DNA from: Synechocystis sp. PCC 6803 substr. PCC-P
Lineage (GTDB): Bacteria; Cyanobacteriota; Cyanobacteriia; Cyanobacteriales; Microcystaceae
Direction of reading: 5' to 3'
DNA: 32,000 bases
NCBI RefSeq assembly: GCF_000284455.1
Contig: NC_017039.1
Span: 3,538,115 to 3,570,114, forward strand
Made by a program: the position numbers and the translations under genes. Shown here one piece after another: positions 1 through 8,485 of the stretch (position 1 is its first letter; the number at the start of each line of letters is the position of its first letter). The notes under the pieces were generated by a model. That model worked only from the letters and a program-made list of their open reading frames with translations. It ran no database searches and was not told where the DNA came from.

Positions 1-638
1 TGAATAAAGCCCAGGCTATGGGAAACCACGAGAATCGTCGTATTGTGTCCCCAGAGCTTATCCATTCGGGCTTGGGATTTGTGCTTGAAACTTTCATCCC
101 CCACAGATAAAACTTCATCCAAAATTAGAATATCCGGTTCCACATCGGTGGCAATGGCAAAACCCAACCGGGCTGACATCCCCGAAGAAAGGGACTTCAC
201 CGGCATATCCCCCAACGTTTGTAACTCAGCAAAATCCAGGATAGAATCCACCCGCTCCAACATTTCCTGGCGGGAAAATCCCAACATCACACCGTAGAGA
301 ATAATATTATCCCGCACACACAAATCCGGGTCAAAGCCAGCCCCCAGCTCGATCAATGGTGCTATTTCCCCCCTCACCCGCAAACTCCCAGCAGAGGGTT
401 CCAAAATACCGCAAATTACCTTGAGCAGGGTGGATTTCCCCGAACCATTGGAACCAATAATGCCAACTTTCTCCCCCGTCACCACCGTAAAATCTATATT
501 GTCTAGGATTAGCTTACGGGAGGGCTTACGATACTTACCCTCAATGAAAGATAGTACGGTGCGCTTCAGGTCGTAGGAAAATTCCTCCTGGGTTCGACGG
601 TACAAAGAAACTTTATCAAGACGAATAACTTCAGACAT
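1..638 (-). CDS. ABC transporter ATP-binding protein, polysaccharide/O-antigen export type (KpsT/Wzt-like); its 3' end runs off the left edge
   Basis: Manual minus-strand translation from the ATG at 636-638 gives MSEVIRLDKVSLYRR... It contains Walker A GSNGSGKST (~424-470), ABC signature LSSGM and Walker B ILILDE. The start lies 12 nt downstream of the permease stop. It is absent from the ORF track because it is truncated. Confidence 0.9.
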   Translation of the reverse strand, partial: MSEVIRLDKVSLYRRTQEEFSYDLKRTVLSFIEGKYRKPSRKLILDNIDFTVVTGEKVGIIGSNGSGKSTLLKVICGILEPSAGSLRVRGEIAPLIELGAGFDPDLCVRDNIILYGVMLGFSRQEMLERVDSILDFAELQTLGDMPVKSLSSGMSARLGFAIATDVEPDILILDEVLSVGDESFKHKSQARMDKLWGHNTTILVVSHSLGFI

Positions 639-650
639 CTAAAATTAGCT

Positions 651-1466
651 TTACAACAGATCCATGAAATTCTTTTGCCAGGAGCGAAAGCACAACCAAC
701 CCAGGGCCAATAAAATTAAACCATTTAATAGTCCATGAACAATCAAACCAGACTCGGGCAAATCCCCCGACAGGGAAATTTGACGAATACTGTCAATGAT
801 CGGTAACAGGGGGTTGATGACCAAAAAGCGGCGCACTTGTTCCGGCACAATTTCGGATGGATAGAAAATGGGAGAACCGATCCAGAGCATGAAGGTTACT
901 AGCTCATAGAAGTAGGGCAAATCCCGGAAAAATACGTAAAGGGCACTGACAAAAAAGCCTACCCCGGTGCACACTAGGCTCAGAGCCAACAAAGGAAAGA
1001 AAAGAGAAATGGCGTTAACAAACCACCAACCAGATTCCCAAGACTTATAAATGGTGACGATCGCCAATAGGGGTAATGGCCCCACCACAAATTGGAACAC
1101 GTTGGCGACGATCATGGAGAGGGGAAAGACACTGATGGGGAGCTTGATTTTATTCATGAGTCCCCCGCTGGCCACCACACTCGATAAAGCTTGGCTAGTG
1201 GAAGCAGAAAAAAAGTTAATCACTAACAGCCCCGTAAAGGCCGCCAGCACATAGTTCAGGGCAGACCCATAGAAGGAGGCAAAGGCCGCTCCGAAAATAG
1301 CCGCATAAATCCCTGTCATAATCAAAGGGTTTAGCAACGACCAGTAAACCCCCAAAAAGGAACCCCGGTAACGGCCTTTCAGGTTGCGCTCCACTAATAT
1401 CTGTAAAAGTTCCAAGTAGCGCTGAATCGGGGACCAGTTCACCCTTGTCGGTAGCGAAAGAGCCAT
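651..1466 (-). CDS. ABC-2 type polysaccharide export permease (KpsM/Wzm-like)
   Basis: ORF 651..1553. It has an ABC-2 N-terminal motif (ERNLKGRYRGSFLGVYWSLLNPL) and about six hydrophobic segments. I prefer the internal ATG (MALSLPTRVN...) at 1466, but the 1553 start is possible. It sits directly upstream of the ATPase on the same strand. Confidence 0.85.
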   Translation of the reverse strand: MALSLPTRVNWSPIQRYLELLQILVERNLKGRYRGSFLGVYWSLLNPLIMTGIYAAIFGAAFASFYGSALNYVLAAFTGLLVINFFSASTSQALSSVVASGGLMNKIKLPISVFPLSMIVANVFQFVVGPLPLLAIVTIYKSWESGWWFVNAISLFFPLLALSLVCTGVGFFVSALYVFFRDLPYFYELVTFMLWIGSPIFYPSEIVPEQVRRFLVINPLLPIIDSIRQISLSGDLPESGLIVHGLLNGLILLALGWLCFRSWQKNFMDLL

Positions 1467-1672
1467 AAAAAATTCTAAAAGATTGCGGGGCGGCGCCGAG
1501 CTAAACAAGAATTGTATAGAGTTGTGTGACCTTTGTCGAGATGACAAGAACAAGAAAACTATGTAAGAGGGACTTTAGTAGTCCACCTAAATTACTCTTG
1601 GTTGATCAAGACTGCCCAAAGAAACTGGGTTAGAATAGGTCGGTTCACAATTTTCCTTACTGCCCAAATTCC

Positions 1673-2740
1673 ATGGTTGTCAGCACCGTTAATCCCACAG
1701 CGCCCATGCCTGTGACCCCCATTTTTAACCCCACTGGCAACGATTCCGTCGAGAACCGCACCATTTGGTTTGGCAACACTACCAACTTGATGCAGTTGAA
1801 TGATGTCCGCTACAACTGGGCAGTGGGATTGTATCAACAAATGCGGGAGAACTTTTGGATTCCCCAGCGCTTAGACATTACCCAGGATGTCACCGATTAC
1901 TGGAATTTAACCAACGAAGAGCGTTATGCCTTTGATGGTATTTTGTCCTATTTAACCTTTCTTGATTCTGTTCAAACCTGTAACATTCCCCATTTAAAAA
2001 GTAGCGTTACCGCGCCGGAAATTAGCCTGTGTATGGCGGAGCAAATTTCCCAGGAGGGTATGCATAACCAAAGCTACCAGTACATGATCGAGACGATTAT
2101 TCCCACGGAAAAGCGGGATAAGGTGTACGAATTTTGGCGCACAGACCGGGTGTTAAAGGAACGGTGCGAGTACATTGCCATGCTCTACCAAAAATATGTC
2201 GATCATCCCACCCAGGAGAATTATTTTATTGCCTTGATGGCGGACTATTTGCTGGAAGGATTATATTTTTACAACGGTTTTATTTACTTCTATAACCTTG
2301 CTTCTCGTATGTTGATGCCGGGTTCTGCGGACATTTTTAAGATGATCAACCGGGATGAGTTGAGTCACGTGCGGCTATACCAAAAGCTAATTCCCGAAGC
2401 CATGCAGGTCTTCACCCACTCCACGGATCAGATTTATGAAATGTTTGATAAGGCGGTGGAGTTTGAATGTCGCTGGACTAACCACATTGTCGGTAATAAT
2501 ATTCTCGGTATTACGGAATCTAGTACGGAACAGTACACTAAGTATCTTGCTAATAGTCGTCTACGGGCGATCGGTTTAGATCCCCTTTACACGGATGCTC
2601 GCTACGGGAAAAGTCCCTACACCCACTTGGAGCGTTTTTCCGACACGAAAAAAGAGGCTCACACTAAGGCGAATTTCTTTGAAGCAACGGTGACTAGTTA
2701 TGTGATGTCTTCTGGGGTATCCGGTTGGGACGAAATTTAG
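1673..2740 (+). CDS. nrdB: Ribonucleoside-diphosphate reductase beta subunit (class I R2)
   Basis: 355-aa ORF with ferritin-like di-iron ExxH motifs (EGMHNQSY, RDELSHV) and R2-typical segments (EERYAFDGILSYLTFLDS, EGLYFYNGF). Confidence 0.92.
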   Translation: MVVSTVNPTAPMPVTPIFNPTGNDSVENRTIWFGNTTNLMQLNDVRYNWAVGLYQQMRENFWIPQRLDITQDVTDYWNLTNEERYAFDGILSYLTFLDSVQTCNIPHLKSSVTAPEISLCMAEQISQEGMHNQSYQYMIETIIPTEKRDKVYEFWRTDRVLKERCEYIAMLYQKYVDHPTQENYFIALMADYLLEGLYFYNGFIYFYNLASRMLMPGSADIFKMINRDELSHVRLYQKLIPEAMQVFTHSTDQIYEMFDKAVEFECRWTNHIVGNNILGITESSTEQYTKYLANSRLRAIGLDPLYTDARYGKSPYTHLERFSDTKKEAHTKANFFEATVTSYVMSSGVSGWDEI

Positions 2741-3663
2741 GGCATCACCACTGTCCCTGCTTTCCCGTCAATAATGTCTAAGGCTTGATCAAGTTTGCCG
2801 ATGCCACACCATTGCCCGGTGGTTTCTACAAAGCGACAGGCCGCTTCTACCTTTGGCCCCATGGAACCCGCTGCAAATCGGTAACGGCGTAGATTTTTCG
2901 GGGTGGTTTGCTCAAAACAGTGAGCGTAGTTGGTGCTCCAATTTTCATACACACCATCGACGTCCGTTAGGAGTAGTAAACCTTGGGCTTGGAGATTTTG
3001 CGCCAACAGAGCAGCGGCTAGATCTTTGTCAATCACCGCTTCCACCCCTTGCAATCCTCCGGCTTCATTAACCACCACAGGAATGCCACCGCCCCCGGCA
3101 CAAACCACTAATGCGCCGCTCTTCACCAACAATTGAATGGTGGGTAGCTCAATAATCCTTTTGGGTTCTGGAGAAGCCACTACCCGGCGGTATCCCTGGC
3201 CGTCGGCGGCGATCGCCCAACCCCTTTCCTGGGCCAACTGTTGAGCTTGTTCCAGGGTATAAACCGGGCCAATGGGTTTGGTGGGTTGCAAAAAAGCTGG
3301 GTCCTGGCGATCGACCACAATTTGGGTCAATAGGGTGACCACATCCCGCCCAGGTAGTTGATTGCGTAATTCCTGCTCCAACAGGTAACCGATCATGCCT
3401 TCCGTTTCTGCCCCTAACACGTCCAAGGGATAGGGCTTACAGGATTTTTCGCACTCCCCCTGTAGGGCCAGTAACCCCACTTGGGGGCCGTTGCCATGGG
3501 TGACAACGACGGGATAATGCCGGGCAATTTTGGCGATCGCCAGAGCGGCAATGTGAATGTTAGCTTTCTGAATTTCCGCTTCCGGAGGTTGGCCCCTTTG
3601 CAGTAAAGCATTTCCGCCCAAAGCAATGACAATGGGTCTGGTGTTTTGGTTAGGAGAATTCAT
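2737..3663 (-). CDS. arcC: Carbamate kinase
   Basis: 308-aa ORF with amino-acid-kinase fold signatures: IVIALGGNAL, VVTHGNGPQVG, VCAGGGGIPV. Confidence 0.9.
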   Translation of the reverse strand: MNSPNQNTRPIVIALGGNALLQRGQPPEAEIQKANIHIAALAIAKIARHYPVVVTHGNGPQVGLLALQGECEKSCKPYPLDVLGAETEGMIGYLLEQELRNQLPGRDVVTLLTQIVVDRQDPAFLQPTKPIGPVYTLEQAQQLAQERGWAIAADGQGYRRVVASPEPKRIIELPTIQLLVKSGALVVCAGGGGIPVVVNEAGGLQGVEAVIDKDLAAALLAQNLQAQGLLLLTDVDGVYENWSTNYAHCFEQTTPKNLRRYRFAAGSMGPKVEAACRFVETTGQWCGIGKLDQALDIIDGKAGTVVMP

Positions 3664-5023
3664 TGGCTTTGCTCCCTAGCCCCCGACGGGCTAAAAACAA
3701 ATCCAAAGCTTTACCTAATCCCGGTTCTTTCGCCTCGGCGTAATCATAAAAAACCCGCACCAATGGTTTATTCAATGGGATTAATCGGCCCAGATCACTG
3801 GGGGTACCGGATACCACCACGTCAACTTCAGCGGCATTGAGGGTATCCGCTAAAGCTTGTAATTGGGCGGGGAAATAACCCATCGCGGGCAAAATTTTCG
3901 TTAAATGGGGAAATTTAGCATAAACAGCGGCAATTTCCGGCACAGTGTAGGGTCGAGGATCAACTATTGTAATGTTCTCAATTTCCTTCACTGCCTGGTA
4001 ACCAGCACCGTAGTCCATGCCCCCGTGGGTAGTAGTGGGGCCATCCTCCACCACAATCACCCGTTTACCCCGCAGATCTAGGGGAGGTTCCAACCGCAAG
4101 GGCGATCGCCCTTGGATAATTTGGGCATCAGGGTTTAACTGGGCAATGGAACTAAGAACCTGGGTGATTTGGGCCACTGTGGCTACATCGGTTTTGGGAA
4201 TCAGGACAATGTCTGCCATCCTAAGCACCGCTTCCCCTGGATGGTAAAGGCTTTCGTCCCCCGGTCGTAGGGGATCCACAAGGACAATGTGTAAATCCGG
4301 TTGCACAAAGGGAAAATCATTATTCCCCCCGTCCCAGAGAATGACATCACTTTCTAAAGAAGCTTTTTCCACAATTAGGCCGTAATCTACCCCGGCATAG
4401 ACCACATGGCCCGCCAGAATATGGGGTTCGTATTCTTCCCGTTCTTCTACTGTGCAGTCCGCTTGGTCTAAATCTTCCAACTTGGCAAATCGTTGCACCG
4501 CCTGTTTTTGCAAATTACCGTAGGGCATGGGATGGCGAATGGCGCAAACCCTCAAACCGAGTTGCCGTAACCGTTGGGACAGCCAGCGACTCACCTGGGA
4601 TTTACCGCAACCGGTACGCACCGCTGACACTGCGATGACGGGTACTGTGGTTTTAATCATGGTTTGATTTGGCCCCAGTAGGACAAAATCTGCTCCGATC
4701 GCCAAACTGCGGGAAGCGAGATGCATGACCTGGTGGTGGGACACATCGCTGTAGGCAAACACAATTTGATCAACCCGATGTTCCCGGCAAAAATTTTCCA
4801 ACTGCCCTTCTTCAAGGATGGGAATACCGTGGGGATAAAGTTCCCCCGCTAAACTCGGCGGATAACGGCGATCGGCAATGCCCACAATCTGGGTCGCAGT
4901 GAAGGCCATCACTTCATACCGGGGATTATCTCGATAAACCTGATTGAAATTGTGAAAATCCCGCCCGGCAGCCCCTAAAATCACCACCCGCCGACGGTTG
5001 TCAGTAATTCTGTTTGTAACCAT
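3650..5023 (-). CDS. P-loop protein of the COG2403 / cyclic 2,3-diphosphoglycerate synthetase-like family (function unknown here)
   Basis: ORF 3650..5062. I prefer the ATG at 5023 (MVTNRITDN...), which is preceded by GGAGGGAAGGGG. Walker A-like AVRTGCGKSQ is present. The family assignment is from memory of this architecture. The stop overlaps the arcC start by 14 nt. Confidence 0.75.
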   Translation of the reverse strand: MVTNRITDNRRRVVILGAAGRDFHNFNQVYRDNPRYEVMAFTATQIVGIADRRYPPSLAGELYPHGIPILEEGQLENFCREHRVDQIVFAYSDVSHHQVMHLASRSLAIGADFVLLGPNQTMIKTTVPVIAVSAVRTGCGKSQVSRWLSQRLRQLGLRVCAIRHPMPYGNLQKQAVQRFAKLEDLDQADCTVEEREEYEPHILAGHVVYAGVDYGLIVEKASLESDVILWDGGNNDFPFVQPDLHIVLVDPLRPGDESLYHPGEAVLRMADIVLIPKTDVATVAQITQVLSSIAQLNPDAQIIQGRSPLRLEPPLDLRGKRVIVVEDGPTTTHGGMDYGAGYQAVKEIENITIVDPRPYTVPEIAAVYAKFPHLTKILPAMGYFPAQLQALADTLNAAEVDVVVSGTPSDLGRLIPLNKPLVRVFYDYAEAKEPGLGKALDLFLARRGLGSKANEFS

Positions 5024-5369
5024 AACCCCTTCCCTCCGGACAATAGGCCACGCCGTCACCACTTCCTACAGGGCAACGTCCGTTCAATCAAATTTTCAAC
5101 CTTAAACACCAGCTCGAAATATGATTAACCAGGGTATTTTTTCTCTTGCTTTGCATTGATCCCCGGTTGCTTTTCTACCTTTTATCATAAACAGCAACGG
5201 GATTATTCCCAGAACCTTTGTTACAATACTTTGCCTGGGAACCTTCTCCCCAATCTTGGTTCGGCCAAAAAATTGCCCATTTTGATGGAGAAAAACCGCT
5301 AGGATATGGCAAATTTAAACTTTGATTATTAATCCACTTTTCCTCACTTACTCCCCGAATCATTGCACC

Positions 5370-6845
5370 ATGGCGATCGCCACAATCTTTGCCCAAATCT
5401 GGCAGTATTGCAAAAAGCCATTCCTCCACAATCTTGTTCTAGGTTTATTAATCAGTTTGGCGATCGTCCATCCCTTTTCCTTATTCAACCAAGTCCAAGC
5501 CCAAAATGCCTTTCCAGAAATCCGTGGAGTTTGGATCACCAATAATGACACCGTTCATTTTTTAGACCAGAACCGCACCACTGAATCCATTAACCTCCTA
5601 GCGGATCTAAATTTCAATACCATCTACCCCGTAGTCTGGAACTCCGGTTATGTTCTCTACGAAAGTGAATTTGCTAAAAGGGAAGGCTTACAACCCTTTA
5701 GCCCCAGGGGAGATCAAGGTCAGGATGTGTTAGCAGACATTATCGATAAGGCCCATCGGCGCAACATGTTGGTTTTGCCCTGGTTTGAATTTGGCTTTAA
5801 GGCTCCCCCGATGTCGGAACTGGTTAAGCGCCATCCCTGGTGGTTTACCCAAAAGCGGGACGGCACTAAAACTTCTGTGAGCGCTGCCGGAGAAGTGATG
5901 TGGATGAATCCTTTTCACCCTCAAGTCCAGACTTTTATTACGCAACTAGTCATGGACGCAGTTAATAAATACGATTTGGACGGGGTTCAGTTCGACGATC
6001 ACACCGCCCTGCCCAACGAATTTGGCTACGACAATTACACCATTTCTTTATATCAACAGGAAACAAAAAAAACTCCCCCCAGCAATCCTAAAGATCCGGC
6101 CTGGATTCGCTGGCGAGCCGATAAAATTACCGCATTCATGGTGCAGTTAAATGCCCGCATCAAAGCTGCTAAACCGAACATTCTCGTATCCGTCTCCCCT
6201 GCCACCTACAATCTCGCTTACAACACTTTTTTGCAGGATTGGTTGGATTGGATCCGCAAAGGCATTGTTGATGAAGTGATAGTTCAGGTTTATCGTACAT
6301 CTCTACCCACTTTTACTGAGCCGATCCAGAGGGCGGAGTTTAGGGAATCTAAAACCCTAATTCCCACCGCCGTTGGAATCTTAACCGGATTACCCACTAA
6401 GCAAGTGCCCATGCCTTTAGTGAATGATAAGGTCTATGCATCCCGAGCCCAGGGAATGGGAGTTTCCTTTTTTTATTACCAAACCCTCTGGGACATTGCA
6501 CCGGAAGAAAAAGATGATCGTATTCAATCCTTTCGCCGCCTATTTCCTTTCCCAGCCCCCCGTAGTTTAGTCAGAATTGCCCCGCCTCCCCCAATTACTC
6601 CGCCCCCATCTCCCCCTCCCGTTAATAATCCCGCAGCCCCTAACCCTAATCCGGCTCCACCACTCCAAGGCATTCCCATTCCCGTTGAAATGCCCACCAG
6701 TTCTGCCCCTAGCAATAATCCTGTTTTGCCGCAGAATGATCCCTTCCCCCCAAATACACCACCACCGACTCCAGTGCCCCAGGAACCAGGCGGTTTTCCA
6801 CCGGAACCGGTTTTGGACGACTCCATTCCCGTGGATTGGTACTAA
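5370..6845 (+). CDS. Exported glycoside-hydrolase-like family 10 (GHL10/DUF187, YngK-like) protein with a Pro-rich C-terminal tail
   Basis: ORF 5322..6845, with likely start MAIATIF at 5370. An N-terminal hydrophobic segment is followed by a RGVWITN...NFNTIYPVVW core typical of GHL10. The last ~100 aa are Pro-rich low complexity. Confidence 0.75.
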   Translation: MAIATIFAQIWQYCKKPFLHNLVLGLLISLAIVHPFSLFNQVQAQNAFPEIRGVWITNNDTVHFLDQNRTTESINLLADLNFNTIYPVVWNSGYVLYESEFAKREGLQPFSPRGDQGQDVLADIIDKAHRRNMLVLPWFEFGFKAPPMSELVKRHPWWFTQKRDGTKTSVSAAGEVMWMNPFHPQVQTFITQLVMDAVNKYDLDGVQFDDHTALPNEFGYDNYTISLYQQETKKTPPSNPKDPAWIRWRADKITAFMVQLNARIKAAKPNILVSVSPATYNLAYNTFLQDWLDWIRKGIVDEVIVQVYRTSLPTFTEPIQRAEFRESKTLIPTAVGILTGLPTKQVPMPLVNDKVYASRAQGMGVSFFYYQTLWDIAPEEKDDRIQSFRRLFPFPAPRSLVRIAPPPPITPPPSPPPVNNPAAPNPNPAPPLQGIPIPVEMPTSSAPSNNPVLPQNDPFPPNTPPPTPVPQEPGGFPPEPVLDDSIPVDWY

Positions 6846-6931
6846 ATAGTTAATATTTTTTCAACATTATTCAACGGCTTACCCCCTAAACAACTGATTC
6901 CCCTTGCCGCTAGCCCACCCTCTGGCAGTTA

Positions 6932-8236
6932 ATGGAACTGGGAAAGATTAGTCCAATAATCATAAATTTGCTTAAAACGGTGGAAAACTTTGCTTTGACC
7001 GCCTTCCTTCAGGGGATTTTGGGTGCTTCTAGCATGGCCCTGGGGGCTTTAATTGCTGTGGCTTGGCAACCGGGAAGAAAATTTTTAGCCGCAGTGATGG
7101 CCTTTGGTAGTGGCACTTTGATGGCGGCGATCGCCTTGGAAATTGCCAGTGCTGTTTACCGCAGTGGCGGAGTTTTGGTTCTGGTAGGGGGCTTTTTACT
7201 GGGGGGAATCCTGTTTATTAGCTTGAGTAAATACATTGATGAACAAGGGGGATTTTTACGTAAGCCCGCCGCTAGCCGTCGCTATGTGGTGGAACATAAA
7301 ATGCTGGAATCCCATGAGTTGGTAGATTATTTAGCCCACAGTGAAGTGATGAATGCTCTGCCAGAGCAGGAAAGGCATCAACTTGCTGGTCTGCTCACTC
7401 CTCACCATGCCTACCCCAGAGAAGTACTTTGTCGGGAAGGGGACCAGGGGGATTATTTTTACTTTATCGGTGGCGGGGAAGCGGATGTGTATAAGGGCAC
7501 AACCTGGGTTAATCGGCTCACATCGGGCGATATTTTTGGGGAAATGTCTTTACTGACAGGAGAACCCCGGTCCGCTACGGTGGTGGCCGTCACTCCGATG
7601 GAACTGTATCAGTTGGATAAGGAAAACTTTGCCAATATTCTCAGTCAATCTCCCCATCTAGCCTTGGCCCTGAGCCGCAAACTCGCCCGCCGTTTACAGT
7701 CAGCCACGGACTTTGAGGCAATTGTCCCTCCCGAAGATAAGGTTTCGGTGTTGGAACCACTGGTAGAAGGCGATCGCCAGATGTTGGCCAAATTAGCCCA
7801 AAGCTCTGCTCCCATGGCCATCCTGGTGGGCACGCTGTTTGATAACATCCCGGAGGCTATGGTTATCGGCATGAACACCAATGTCACCCCCTGGGGTGGA
7901 GCGTTTCTGTTTGCCGTATTTATTTCCAATTTTCCCGAAGCCCTTTCCAGTTCCTTTGGCATGAAACAGGCCGGCATTTCCAACCGAAGAATTTTAACTC
8001 TCTGGTTTGGGGCGGTGGTGGCCAGTGGTCTGATCGCCATGGTGGGCTACTCCATTGGCCAAGGTGGCACTCTATTACTGGTGGCGGTGGCCCAGGCGAT
8101 CGCCGGAGGGGGAATTTTAGCCATGCTAGCCAGCACCATGATGCCGGAAGCCTACGAATTGGGCGGCAGTTCCGTAGCCTATGCCACCATTATTGGTTTT
8201 TTAGCCGGGTTTTTGATTTCCGCCTCCCATTTTTGA
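6932..8236 (+). CDS. Membrane protein: ZIP (ZupT-like) transporter homologue with a cyclic-nucleotide-binding domain inserted in the central loop
   Basis: 434-aa ORF. The N-terminal ~3 TM and C-terminal ~5 TM segments resemble ZupT (DNIPEAMVIG and SNFPEALSS in place of HNxPEG). The central CNB domain has FGEMSLLTGEPRSATVVA. Confidence 0.8.
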   Translation: MELGKISPIIINLLKTVENFALTAFLQGILGASSMALGALIAVAWQPGRKFLAAVMAFGSGTLMAAIALEIASAVYRSGGVLVLVGGFLLGGILFISLSKYIDEQGGFLRKPAASRRYVVEHKMLESHELVDYLAHSEVMNALPEQERHQLAGLLTPHHAYPREVLCREGDQGDYFYFIGGGEADVYKGTTWVNRLTSGDIFGEMSLLTGEPRSATVVAVTPMELYQLDKENFANILSQSPHLALALSRKLARRLQSATDFEAIVPPEDKVSVLEPLVEGDRQMLAKLAQSSAPMAILVGTLFDNIPEAMVIGMNTNVTPWGGAFLFAVFISNFPEALSSSFGMKQAGISNRRILTLWFGAVVASGLIAMVGYSIGQGGTLLLVAVAQAIAGGGILAMLASTMMPEAYELGGSSVAYATIIGFLAGFLISASHF

Positions 8237-8258
8237 CCATACCCACGTCTAAGAGCCT

Positions 8259-8399
8259 GTTTGGAAAGTTGAGTTTTGGCTGTTTAATCCCCCCTAGCCC
8301 CCCTTAAGAAGGGGGGAACTGTCACAAAAGTACCCCTTTTTAAGCCGGAGCTTTAGTGAGGAGATTTAGGGGGATAAATACCTAGTGTACTTTTCAAAC
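8259..8399. repeat. MITE-like or long imperfect inverted-repeat element in the convergent spacer between the ZIP-like gene and recA
   Basis: Outer arms GTTTGGAAAGT (8259-8269) and ACTTTTCAAAC (8389-8399) match in 10 of 11 positions. Inner arms are TTTAATCCCCCCTA (8283-8296) and TAGGGGGATAAA (8367-8378). A central GC hairpin CCCCCCTT-AAG-AAGGGGGG lies at 8298-8316. Confidence 0.45.
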
Positions 8400-8404
8400 A
8401 CTTT

Positions 8405-8425
8405 CTAAAACCGGGAAATTCCCGA
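8405..8425 (-). terminator. Probable intrinsic terminator of recA
   Basis: The minus strand reads CGGGAA(T)TTCCCG followed by GTTTTAG, ~60 nt after the recA stop. A second hairpin, CCAAAAGC-AGAG-GCTTTTGG, lies at 8446-8465. Confidence 0.5.
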
Positions 8426-8485
8426 CCACTTGACATAAGCCACGACCAAAAGCAGAGGCTTTTGGGCAAATGATCGGATTAGCTC

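Noticed and set aside
43-297. 84-aa plus-strand ORF at the left edge
   Set aside because: It is antisense to the ABC ATPase frame, which carries the LSSGM signature and Walker B motif.
1554-1672. Cobalamin riboswitch, NrdR box or LexA box upstream of nrdB
   Set aside because: The spacer is too short for a B12 element. I found no ACACWATATATWGTGT-like NrdR box and no RGTAC-N8-GTWCB-type palindrome.
7645-8040. 131-aa antisense ORF inside the ZIP-like gene, and similar short ORFs inside recA, the MacB-like gene, lepA, dnaE and the COG0523 His-tract (29569..29782)
   Set aside because: All are nested in strongly supported genes and show no motifs. The 29569-29782 pair are frame-shifted or antisense readings of the CAY/GAY repeat.
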